Assembly (NCBI GenBank): GCA_025201805.1
Contig: MU619245.1
Location: forward strand, 68,697 to 132,696
DNA: 64,000 nt
Direction of reading: 5' to 3'
DNA from: Parasitella parasitica NRRL 2501
Taxonomy: Eukaryota > Fungi > Mucoromycota
Positions 12,331-24,326 of the stretch are shown here, piece by piece; position 1 is the first letter of the stretch, and each line of letters starts with the position of its first letter. Below the pieces are notes generated by a model, which was given only the letters and a program-made list of their open reading frames with translations, did no database searches and was not told where the DNA came from. Position numbers and translations under genes: made by a program.

Positions 12331-13852
12331 ATGAATAATAGCGGTTTCAACACTTTTACTTGGGTTCTTGACAAAAATCCTCCCAACAAGCAATCAAACA
12401 ATAATCAGACGATTGCAGCAGCTCCTCCTCAGCAGCAACATCAGCAACAGCAACACACTCAAGAAGTGACCAATTTGTCTAGTGCCGATTTATTCCAATT
12501 CCTACTTGGAGAAGAAGCTCAACAAGCAGCATTATCTCAAGCAAATTCTGCACTTCTCACTGACGAAGATTTATCGGCAAATGAAGATCTTGTCGCCAAT
12601 GTGAAGCCTACAAATGCTCGGAAGACCAAGCATTTAAACGGCCTTCCTGCTGCTTCCACCGGTCGCTTGGACTTTAGGCCCATCAGTGATCATATCCCAG
12701 ATTCTCAATTAAAGGCCATGACGTCCAAAGAACGCAGACAATTGAGAAATAAAATTTCTGCTCGTAATTTCAGAAATAGAAGAAAAGGTAAAGAATTATA
12801 CTCATGTGGGGGGGTACGTAATTCCTGAAAAGGCAAATAGCTGACGAATCCCAAAATTCCCTTTTTTAGAATATATCGGCTCCTTGGAGGATGAACTTAA
12901 TCAGCAAAAAGCGGAGAACAGTCAACTTCAGTTGGAATTGAAGTGGGTCAAACAAAAGATGGAGACACTGCAAAAGGAGAACGACAGGCTTCGTGTAGAT
13001 CTAGTGCTCGGCGGTATCAATTTGTCTCCCCCCCACACACAAGCTCCAACAGCAATGACTGTAGCCAGCAACAGTAGCACATCTCCCTATTTGTTTGACT
13101 CCACGAACCTTCTCAACTCGACTTTAAACCTCTCCAATACACCCGCTTCCTCCTCCTCAGATGACTCTACTCTCTCGTCACCGCCCAACTTGTTTACTGA
13201 CTTTCCGGAAAATTGGGATTTCGTCCTTCCCACCCAAGATGGCCGGAATGGCACAGACACTTACCTGTCTCACGCCGTTGTACCCAATTGGAACATCAAC
13301 CGCATCCTCGAAAAAGAAACATCCACAGCTGTGGTCCATAACCCTTCTGCCCATTTGATTCAACAATATCCTCTTCTCGTACCTGCGTTAATGTCAATTG
13401 TCTTGTCTCATACAATGACTATGAGCACTGATGAGATATTGGCCACAGCTAAATTGAATCCTTTGCCCACAAAACATGTCGCATTTGACGAAAAGAACCC
13501 GTTCAGTGGTTCAACCATGATGACGGATAAAGAGGCCAAGGCTGTCTGGGATATCTTGGAGCCTTTGAGTTTAATGCAGTCCAGAAATGAAAAGCTGGCC
13601 GTTAAACCCGTTGAATCGGAAAATCAGCCTGATAAACAATCACCGCGCGCCTGCCTCATCTTGTGGATTCAAAATAGGATCTGCCGATACCTTTGTGAAC
13701 TTGCAGCTAGCCATTGCACAGAAAACGCCCTTCCTTCATCACCATCATCAGCAGCAGAAACAGAAGCAGAAGCAGAACAAGACGCACCTAAAAAGTTTAT
13801 TCTATGTCGACAATTTCAAAAAGCCAAGCGCTACATCACTGCATGTCAATAG
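12331..13852 (+). CDS. bZIP transcription factor (2 exons, intron 12788-12869)
   Basis: Splicing joins the basic region KERRQLRNKISARNFRNRRK|EYIGSLE to the leucine zipper (LEDELNQQKAENSQLQLELKWVKQKMETLQKENDRL). Q-rich N-terminus. Confidence 0.92.
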
Positions 13853-14141
13853 TTTTACATTCCCACAGCTTCAGCCCCTCTTTTTCACTTTAATATTTGC
13901 CTTTCTTTCTCTTGTACATAGCTACTATATTCATAAAGTAAAATAAAAAAAAACAAAGTTAACCAGCAACTTTATTAGCAAACCAATCTCATACTTTAGC
14001 ATTAGTAAAGAGTTGTACTTCCAAGTATAAACAGAAGGGCAAGGAGTTTGAATGACCGCGTTCCACACCAACATCGCACAATTCATCTCGCCCAGTTCGA
14101 TTGGAAAAAGTCCAAGATTGATTTCTCTCTTCTATATTATA

Positions 14142-14658
14142 ATGTCACGTCAAGTTGCCATAAGCCTTGTATTGGCCACAGCTTTCACTGCTCTAGTCAG
14201 TGCTGCTGGAGATGAGGACATCTTTGAGTTACAGCCTGAAATCCACCACGTCTTTAGAGAAGCAGAAAAGATGCCACCTGCCAGCTTTTCCAAGTTATTT
14301 ACACTTGTTGTCTTGGCTCCATGGCTTCTTCTCATTGCAGGCGTAAGTATTGTGCGTAGAACTTTGACGTCGTTAACTTGAGCTTTTATTCATACGATAG
14401 TGGCTCCAACTCGGCATCACACCAGCCAAAGTTATTTCAGAGTTAGTTTCGGGTTCAACAGTTCGCACAGTGTCAATTGCTGCCTTTCTCACATCGTTAG
14501 TCTCTGTCGAATATCTCTTTTATCTTTATTGGACGCAACTCAATTTGTTCCAAACCTTGACTTATTTATGTGGATTGACTGTCATCACTTTCTTTGCTGG
14601 ACAACGCGCTCTAAGTTCAATCCAAACAAGAAGGATTGCCAATGAATCGAAGAAATAA
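14142..14658 (+). CDS. SWP1: Oligosaccharyltransferase subunit Swp1/Ribophorin II, unusually short (152 aa, intron 14343-14400)
   Basis: Signal peptide MSRQVAISLVLATAFTALVSAA, then the family motif QPEIHHVFREAEKMPP, three TM helices, LFYLYWTQLNLFQTL and FFAGQRALSSIQTRR. Confidence 0.85.
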
Positions 14659-14700
14659 AAAATAAAAAAAAGGGACGAAAAGTGTGGTATCAATGCTTTA

Positions 14701-14810
14701 TCATCTATCTTTTTTTACATTAACGGGACGATCGCTGTATATTGTGGCAGTGAATTCTGCTGAAATGTCTTTGTCGTGGGTGGCCAGCACTATAATATAC
14801 CCTATGCGTT

Positions 14811-14877
<67 letters not shown>

Positions 14878-16986
14878 CTTGTGGATGTAATATTCTTCTG
14901 GAACTCAAAGCCAAAATTAGACGGTGATGCTCCGTGTGGTCGAGGCGGCCATCAACTTTGCATAGATTCAGAGCGTAAATAAGTTAATACTGGACAAGCA
15001 GCAATGCAAAATAGAGAATTGTACCCGTCTCGTTTTGGCTCAACACAACATCTCCAGTGGCAACTCCTTGAATTACGTTGGTGTATGGCCCCGAAGTTGC
15101 TAATTCTTTTCCAAAGAGCTCTGTAGGATGTTTTTCATATATTGTCACATTCATGGACGGCACAGGATTCGAATCATTTCTGGCTTGAAGCCTTACTCTA
15201 TCAAGAGGGCAAAAAAAAATAATCGTTAATGGCAGTTTCTTGAATCGAAATGCCAGGTATACGTTACTTGACTGTAGTCAATTCTCGAATCTCCAGCAGA
15301 TAACGTGGATTTTTAGCATAGTTGCCAAAGCTAGGACAGCCCATTGCACTATATCCAATAATCCATTCGCTGTGAAGCACCTTTTTAAACATGCCCTGTA
15401 TTTATAAATAAGTTGTGTATTCGCTGCAAGACCAACAAATCGGTCACTTACAGCTCCCTCGGCTGGGATAGCTTCCACCTGAACATTACTCACACTAGCC
15501 ACAGTTAAAATGAACTTACCAAGCAAATCGGCCTCAAATGTAGATGCTACCACAGTATAATCGCCAGCTACAGCAAGACGAATTAGGATTTGAGCATCTC
15601 CGGTATGCATAGCTACCTACGTTCAATGATTGGCAATTCACAATAACAAAATCCATGTCTGTAAGGGCCAGATTCTGCCAAAATGTCACGCACAGACACA
15701 CTCGATGCTCGTTTACCGCCTTCCACCAATAACAAATGGACAGCAAAATCCTTCTGCGCTTCCAATTGAAGCAAAAGGCCGTCTGAAGCCGTGTCTGCAT
15801 TTGGAACTGTGATTTTCCATTGCGGATTATTCAAGTAAGTTGAGTTGCATGCATTGCCTCCGGCAGTTTGCTCTGTCCATTGACCATGGATCTATCAACA
15901 GTGTAACATGTAAACATCTCTGTCTGTGTTGGATTGGGCCTGTATTTACCTTTTGCTCGATGGAATATCGCATGGGCACTTCATTTAGCTTGAAAGGGGC
16001 CAGGGAATACGCCCTTAGTGAAAAATACAGCGAGTGTTCTTTCTCATGCTGCGAAACAACAATGGTATAGTCACTGATGCCTGGCGGCGCGTTGAAGCGA
16101 ACCAAGATATGGGGACTATTTACATAAGTGCCCTCTTTAAACGGCGTTCCTGGATAGTATATCCTTTCGCCATTTGTATTGTTGTAGACGTGCAGCGTGA
16201 TGTAATCTGTATTCTCCTCTGTAACCATAATGTGTTTTGACAGCAGTAGCCATACTGCAGCAGGCTTCTTGTCCGGAACATTGACTTGGAGGCTGAATTG
16301 TGGATTGTAGCTTAGACTGTAGACGTCCTTTTTTGGCCCAACATGTTCTGGCCAAATTGAATGCAACACCCAACGATGTGTAAAGAGCCCTGGATTCCAG
16401 TTGAGATGAATTGAAGTAAAGTTGGAGCACACAGACTCGAAATCAATCCAGAAAATACCATCGTCGTTCTTTTCAGCTTCATCCGGGTCAAACTTGAGCG
16501 ATGCTTTGAGCTCTGATGTCCATACGTTGGTATCCAAATGGCTATAGGGTCCTCGCCATCTTTTATGGCTCCAGGGATTCTTTACTTGTAAGAGCCGCTT
16601 ACCCATCACCTTCTTGATATCAATAACGGCATAGGCATGAGTCGGAACTAGTCCCAGCTTGATGGCCTCTTCTTCTGTCATTTCGCCTGTCGCAATAGTG
16701 ACCAACACATCGCCGTATTTGATACCGTCCAGTATACGATCCCACACATTATCTGCCACAAAATTCTTACTATACAAGAGGTATATATGAAATCAGTACA
16801 TTATGTAGATCTTCAACTTTATAAACTCTTACTCGTAAATAAAGATGTGTTCCGGTATCCAACCTGTCAAACAGCTACGAAATGAAGTTATAAAAGCTAG
16901 TTTTAACTACAACCCTGTTGCTTCCCCCTCCCCCCACTCACTGCAAATCAATGCCTGAATTCCTATAGAAACGTTATTAACACTTG

Positions 16987-17043
<57 letters not shown>

Positions 17044-18696
17044 CCTTAAAGAGCATAAAGCCACTTACGACCCAGGGAAATCATAGCCTCCCATCAGTTT
17101 CATATAAGCTTTTTCGATGATGCTCGCCCATAATTCGCCCTTGTTTGTCGAGAATGTGCACATTAGTGTCCCGTCTCTAGATACTGGCAGCAGATCATCC
17201 ACAACAACTTTTCGAGCAATTCCATTATACACAAGTTTGACGACATACTTTCCATTCGGGTTGTAGCAAGGCTGGCCATGTTTGTTCTGCGGGTATATAC
17301 AAGACGTGATCAACTGCTTTTTGAACTTTTGCTCATAGGCAGCTGCTACACACAAAGATGCAACGAATGAACAATCTGTTACAATATCTTGGATAATACT
17401 CGTGCTGGCAAAAAGAGCGTAAGTACTACCGAAATCCTTACACGTAAAGAGACCCGCCCCGCCCCGCTCCCCCCCCCACCTTACCTGGATATCAGATAGA
17501 TGAGCTTTGGGTATTTCATGATATCGGTAGGTCGCCTCCAACCTCCAAACTTTTCCATTTGTTTATCTGAAAGTCGCAGTGAGCCTTCTGGATCTAGGTA
17601 TTTTTTGGTATACGAAAATTGTTCTTTCAGATCTGTTTCGTCGATCCAGGGTAAAAACGTTTTGTCGTTGACGTTGGAGGTATATTTCAGCACTTTGATT
17701 TCTGCTGAAGATAGTTTCTGCGTGAGAATGTCATCTGTGGGACACTGTGGGTCAATTGATAGAACCGAAGATATCGATGAAGAGCGATTGTGCATGTTGA
17801 GCAAACTGGGACGATCAGATGCGACGGACGAGGATCGAGTGCGCAGAGTCGGCGAAAGTGTTTCGACGCTCAACATGCTGAGGCTTCGTTTCAGTGCTTC
17901 TGCTTTATCCAGTGCGTTTGTAAAGTTCTCTCGCGCCTTGAGCTTCTCTAGAGAGTCGTTATCGTATAGCTTGAATGCTATGAGGAAGAGCTCAGCTGCG
18001 TCCGAATAATACTCGAGTGCATGGTCTGTGTTGCCTTGGCTTTCATTTAATTCGCCCTGATCAAACGAGAACTGGAAATGCACAGATGCGTTGGAGAGTG
18101 CGTTTATATCTGGCATTTGCAACATGGCGCTTACCTTTGCTCGATCGATGTAATCATCCTCCTCGGTTCTGATTATCTCGGAATCAGTCGAGTCGCGACG
18201 CTGTTGGTATGGCGAGTTTTCGTTAATGTACAAGGAAGCGGAGGCCGTTATTTTGGTCGTCTCCATGTAGCGCTCAAGCTGTTCTATTCTATGTTTATAT
18301 TCATTCAGTTTCTGCACCATCTTGTTTCGATCCATGCCATTCTTTTCATCTAGTCTCGTGTTGATTAAAAAAATATATTTATATACATATATATGTTGTT
18401 TAAAGCATGAATACCTTTCAGTAATTGTGTGAAATTCTAGATGGTTTATGAGAACATGGGCAAAAGCGAGATTTGTGTTTACATCTTACATTTATCACTT
18501 TCTGATAGGCATTTTTAGCCTCGATGTATCTAGCCGAGGAGTCAAATTTGACAGCACTTGTAGCGCTCGAATATGCTTCAGCATACAGATCTTTTGTGTC
18601 TTGGCTGGATGATTTCAAAAGCGTAATCGTAAGCAACTGATGTGCAATCGGTATTTGTTCAGCTTTCAAAGCCTTCTTGTCCAGAAAGTGGGCCAT
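14701..18696 (-). CDS. Calpain-7/PalB-like cysteine protease (2 MIT + CysPc + tandem domain III), many exons
   Basis: Catalytic triad motifs QDIVTDCSFVASL, HAYAV and KNPWS, plus [36 protein letters not shown] assembled through micro-exons. Two MIT-like helical bundles at the N-terminus. Last exon GYIIVLATHDKDISAEFTATIYSDRPVNVKKDR* at 14801-14701. The start codon is less certain. Confidence 0.9.
14818..14877. repeat. Poly-T homopolymer (60 nt) in the last calpain intron
   Basis: Directly visible. Confidence 0.95.
16994..17043. repeat. Poly-T homopolymer (50 nt) in a calpain intron
   Basis: Directly visible. Confidence 0.95.
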
Positions 18697-19090
18697 GAAG
18701 GCATAAAACGACACACTTGTTCAAAGAAGAAAAAAGAAAAGAAAAAAAAAAAAAAAGAAGGGAAAGAAAAGGAATTAGGTAATCTCTCGTCTCCTTAGTT
18801 TTTATTGCTGTCGTTACATGTTGGATCATGTCGTTGGAATCTTCAAAACCCAGCAGATGTTCAATCATGTACATGGAAAGCTTTCTGTACACTGTGTTTG
18901 GATACATAGGAAAACTACTATACAGCAAAGACTATTCTATATATTTAGCATTTGCAGTACATTGTTTTAATACAAAAGCTGGCAAATTACAGAGCAAAAA
19001 GCAATCAAAAACACGACAGATTATCGAAAAAAAACATATATTTATTAAATTACAACAGAAAGAAACTTGACTTATTTTTTTTTACAGTGT

Positions 19091-19762
19091 CTAATGGTCT
19101 TCGGCAGCATCACAATGGGCTTGGTAGGCTTGTTCGTCCATCAAACCCTCAAGCTCAGATTCATCGCTGATCTGGATCTTGGCCAACCAACCTGTTAAAA
19201 AGTATGTGGTCAATTTGAGTTCACACGTTAATTTTAAATCACGAAATAATACCATCTTCTTCAGGGCTAGAGTTGATCAAAGAAGGCTCGTCAGCTAAAG
19301 CCTCATTGACATTGACGATTTCGCCGGAAACGGGAGAGTAGATATCACTGGCAGCCTTGACAGACTCAATGGCACCAACTTGCTCTAATTGGGGGTTTAA
19401 AATGGAAAATGTCAAAACAGGGGACTTTATACGCAAAATACGCAGGAACTTACCCTCCTTTGCGACAACATCGCCAACAGCGGGAGTCTCAACAAAGACG
19501 ACATCGCCCAAGGCCTTTTGAGCAAAATCAGTGATACCAAAAGTACCGACGCCATTGTCGATAGCGATCCATTCGTGGTCGGAAGTATATTTCTTGGCTA
19601 AAATGAACATACGCACACATCAATCAGACAGCCGAGATTCCAACAGGTTTAAATTTACTTACTAGCATAGCCACGGAAGGCAGCCATGGTGGCGGACTTG
19701 CGAATAACAGGCATATAAGAAGCACGGGCAATAACGCGAGAAGTCAAGAGTCTAAGGGCCAT
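19091..19762 (-). CDS. GCV3: Glycine cleavage system H protein, mitochondrial (4 exons)
   Basis: Presequence [33 protein letters not shown]; [10 protein letters not shown]; [17 protein letters not shown]; lipoyl motif [18 protein letters not shown]; [14 protein letters not shown]. Confidence 0.95.
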
Positions 19763-20929
19763 TGTTGTATGTAGTAAGTCTTGAGATGAGATGAAGAGAT
19801 GAAGAAGAGGGAAAAGATGAAAATCAGAAACGAGATTTATTTTGAAATGGAAAAAATAAAATCTAGTTTTTTTTTTCTATTCCACCGAGTCATTGAAATT
19901 ATTTATTTCTTTCCATTAGAGGCTCTTTACCACATCACCTCTTCTTTTTGCACATTTGAACCCCCGTGTGATTAATATAGGTATTGCGGGGGTGATTATT
20001 CTATATTTTCTATCAATCATATAGATAGTCTTGTAGTGTGCAGTCTGATTCAGAACGACATAAGGAAAGGCGTCGACACTTTTGGCGTCATAGGCCTTGA
20101 TATGTTTGTATCTGCATGCGCATATCTCATTTTCTGATGCCGTATCTATGCTGCCCATCCTTGTGAAATAAGCTATAGAACGAGGAAGGTAATACTTAAA
20201 ATTGACGGGATATGGAAAAAAAACACACACACACACACTTGAAAACATCTCCTTTTTAAGTGAGCCTCTTTCCCACTTAAAATTGGGTGGGTTCTTCTGA
20301 GCCATTTGCGAATGCTTTCAACATGATTTTCATCATACATCTATCTGAGCTAACCTTTATAGCTCGAATTTGATATTTACTGTTGTGAAAATGGTTGCCC
20401 TGAAAGATAAATCTGCATTGTGCTGCTGCCTACTGATGGCGCAATCCACAGTTTGGCATCTGCCTACAAAGATGCATCTCGAATTGCGATTACACTATGT
20501 TTCACATTAGCGACCGTGAGCTTGAACTTGGTTTTATCATTTGCCATAGCCGACTGACATACTATTCGTATTAAAAATAATGAACCTTGAAATGCTTTGG
20601 ATGCATAACCTTCCGACTACACAGTGTCTATTATAGAAATGGTTGTTTCTTGTCTCAGCAAATTAAGACGTGTCTGCGATTTGTTTATTGCTCATCTGTT
20701 ACAAGATTTATCCTAGATGATATATTCACTTTACAGCTTCATAACTGATACTCGGTAATAATTGTTGTATTCATAGAATCTAATGGTTACTATTATCCTG
20801 ATTACTACATTTTGCCATGGCATCCGTTCCTGGATTGAATCGGATCTAATGTTAAATGTCGATAATTCTTTACATAAACAGGAAATAATGGTCTGCTTTT
20901 TTGTTTTCGCTTTTTTTTCTGCTAATAGT

Positions 20930-21280
20930 GCATATCGTTGATTTGGAAGGCACCAAACCAGATGCTCTAACTGTATCATTCAATGGTGTCTTTGGATACG
21001 TTGCTAGGCAAAGGGTATCCATGGATATTGGGTGCTTGTTTGTTGATGAGTTGCCTGGTTTCACCCTCACCAAAGCTCAAAGGACAGCCATACTGAGATT
21101 GGATAATGGTGGCGATCACAGCATCAGGACAGATATCTGATACTTCTTCATTCTTGTGTAGGCTTGCAATAATCATACCACATCTGCTTTCGTAAGACTC
21201 ATGGTTTTAGCTGTGAGAATGAGATCCAGCGGGGCACCAATAGCCAACTTCTTTCAGGTTTCAAGATCACCATAGGCTTA
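20930..21280 (-). pseudogene. Frameshifted relic of a Mucorales-type PD-(D/E)xK (REase-fold-like) hypothetical gene family
   Basis: Two overlapping ORFs join by frameshifts into SDICPDAVIATIIQSQYGCPLSFGE/VKPGNSSTNKHPISMDTLCLATY/SKDTIE*...GAFQIN, a PD...GEVK pattern with stops. Family assigned from memory. Confidence 0.55.
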
Positions 21281-22431
21281 AAACAGTGGTTTTCAGAACC
21301 AATTTTCTCGGTGAAAAGTTAAGCTACTAGAGTAGTGTTATTAATTAAACTATATATTTTTTTTGCGTCTCTTCAACATGTGTGAGTTTCTTATGATTTG
21401 AGGACAAAAAATTTTTTGTTGTTTTTTTTTTCATATTATTTTAATGGGTTTACTACTGGAAAAGCCATAAATATGTAAAGTGTTTTAGTTTTAATCCAAA
21501 GTAGCTTTTATTACCTACATAATGCAGTTTAGTTTACAAAAAAAGGCTGTTTTTTCATGAAGATAAGCAAAAAAAACGTTTCCATTTTTTGACCCTCCAA
21601 ACCACCATTGGATTTGCATGAGGGTTCAGAGGACCTCGAAAATAAACTTTCATCAAATTTGCACAAAATCCACGATATTAGCTCCAGAAATGCACCTAAA
21701 GTTGCAACCAATACCTCAATCTATAGCTAAAAACTGTGGCAAAGCCTTTAGCGTGTTTATTTTTAGATTTTAGCACAAAAAACAATAGTTTTAGCCAAAA
21801 AACCTCTTAAACTTTGGCCCTGATTTACAACATATTTTGTGTGATGGAACTATATAAAAATAGCACCAATCGATAAAAAAATTCAAGTCTCTTCAAAAAA
21901 CATTAAACATACCATTAATGGTTATTATGCGGTTTTCGACTTGTAAAAGATTTCTTATTTTTTGTTCGTTTTGGAGGATGAAAAGAAATAGTGCGGTCTT
22001 TGAAATCGTTTACAGTAACGTGGTTGTCTGCATGCAATGGCAAATAGCACCTCGTTTTTGATATTTAATAGTTCTGACTATTCCTCTATACTTGCCAAAT
22101 TATATTGTTGGGACCACAGAAATAAATAATAAAAATAAAGCATACTGCTCCTTAATTTATTTGGAATACCAGTTACTATTAGATGCGTAAAACATCAAAA
22201 CTCGGTGCTACCTGCATCAGACGAGAAGGTCTTGTCAGCTGCCGCCTGTCAGACAAGACGTACTGAAAAAAAAAAAATCACTGTTACATTTATAGGTCTA
22301 GGGCGTTAATACAATAAAAGCCCAATTCACAATATTAAAAATAGAAAAGGAAAGTTGCTTTTTATTATATTAAAATAAAGGATGAGCTGCAGAATAGTAC
22401 ATGAAGGGTATGATTTTGATTACTGGTTGAT

Positions 22432-23891
22432 TTAATCATCACGTTTGGGACGAACAGGATCAAAGATACCACGAACAGTAGAGGGGCCAGTCCAGGTACC
22501 CTTTAATAAACCATTCCAGTAGATGGAAGGAATGACTTCCTTATTCAAAAACTGCGCAACTTTACTGATGCCACGCTGGTCCACAGGGAAGGTCTCGAGA
22601 GGCTTTCCAGTGTAGCCGGAGAATTCGGCCAAAATCAATTGATCACGGCCGACAATCAAAGGGCAAGAGGTATAACCATCGTAGACGGCTTGCTCAATCT
22701 TTTTTCCTTGAATATCAGCAATCAAGTTCTTCTTCAAGACGCCAGACTCACCAGTGATGGCAGCGGCAGTCTTGGAGGTGGGGAGGCTAGAACAGTCGCC
22801 CAACGCAAACACATTTTTGTACTTGTTGTGGCGAGTCGTGTCCTTGTTGACATCAACAAAGCCAGAAGCGTCGGCTAATCTTGACTCCTTGATAAACTTG
22901 GGGGCGCTTTGGGGAGGAGTGACATGAATAAAGTCGTACTCGAACGTCTTGACCTCTTGGTTTGCGTTGTTTCTGAAGACAGCTTGGTGGTTGTCAGCAT
23001 TGATTTCAATCAATTCGTTTTGAAAGTTGACCTTGATGTTGCGCTCATTGGCCAGTTGTTGGAGCACACGGCCATAGTGGTCAACACCAAAGATCTTGCC
23101 AGCAGATGTGTTGTAGATGACGTTGGTCTTGTCGCGAACTCCATTGAGACGGAACGCTTCCTCGGCCAAGAAGGTGATCTTGGTAGGAGCACCAGGACAT
23201 TTGAGGGGGGTGTTGGGGAATGTGAACAAAGCATTGCCGCCCTTGAAATCTTGGATAAACTTGTATGTCTTTTGAACACTGTCAGCATCGTAGTTAGATG
23301 TGACGCCATCTTTACCAAGCGCCTCCTTCAAACCCTTTACACCATCCCAGTTGATCTGAATACCAGCAGCGACAACCAGGTAGTCGTATCCGACAGTTTG
23401 TCCATCAGCGAGCTTGACAGTGTTGTTCTCGGGGTCAAACTCGGTAACTTTGTCTTGGATCCACTCGGCGTTGGGGGGCATCACCTCTGCCATGGGCTTG
23501 ACGGACTCACTAAAGTTCTTGAGGCCACCACCGACATAGGTCCACAAAGGTTGATACTAAATGCCAAACGTAAGATGACTGGTAAATACCTCGCCTCTGA
23601 TGAATACTTACATAATGCTGACTGGCAGGTTCAATGACGGCGACTTGGTTCTTGCCGAGCAGTTTAGAGATGGTAGATGAGACTGGTCAGTGTCGTTAGC
23701 ATTGTGTAATATGTATAAATATATGTGGGGAAAGAGGACAATGGAGATAACCTACCTGAAAGACCACCAGGTCCGCCGCCAACAACGACGACTTTGAATT
23801 TCTGATCGACAGGCTTTGTGGCTTCAGAAGCAAGGGTAGCAAATGAACGCTTTGAGATGGCAGAAGACAGACGAGCACGTACAGACAACAT
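22432..23891 (-). CDS. Sulfide:quinone oxidoreductase, mitochondrial (Hmt2/SQOR-like), 3 exons
   Basis: Presequence MLSVRARLSSAISKRSFA; FAD motif VVVGGGPGG; HYYQPLWTYVGGG; catalytic Cys motifs KCPGAP and YDGYTSCPL; VFALGDCSSLPTSKTAAA. Confidence 0.95.
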
Positions 23892-24326
23892 GATTTTAGA
23901 GTGATAAAGAGAAGAAGAGCAAGAGATGAACTGATGAGCTTATTATAAGCAGGCTGCTAATTCCGTCTCCACGATTATCATTGAACAGAACTTGCAACTC
24001 AGTCAATTACGCCATATTTGCGAGATATTTATTCAACATGCAGGATCGACCATCATTGGGCAATTGGCAGAGCAAGCAAACCTTCCCCATTTCCTCGTCC
24101 ATTTATTGCATGGGCATTTCGTTGTGAATATCAAGTTTCAATGACATTTTATTGCCTTGCACACACAGAAAAAAAAAAAAAAAAAAAACCGGAAGATATC
24201 GTGTGATTTATGAAATGAATGTGGAGTAATTTTTATCAGTCAGACCAAATGATTTTGCTATTTTTTTTTTTTTTGTATTGGTTGCACGAAAATTGTTTCA
24301 AAATACGTAACAATCCATCATAAAGT

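Noticed and set aside
12331-13852. bZIP as HAC1 with an unconventional Ire1 intron
   Set aside because: The basic region is not Hac1-like and I saw no paired CNG/CNG hairpin splice sites.
21284-21822. AT-rich segment starting CAGTGGTTTTC that looks like a non-autonomous DNA transposon
   Set aside because: I could not find a matching terminal inverted repeat or target-site duplication by eye; it needs a genome-wide repeat search.
22909-23637. Long antisense ORFs opposite SQR (also 4288-5097 opposite the golgin and 17500-18009 opposite calpain)
   Set aside because: Shadow ORFs of real genes, with no recognisable motifs.
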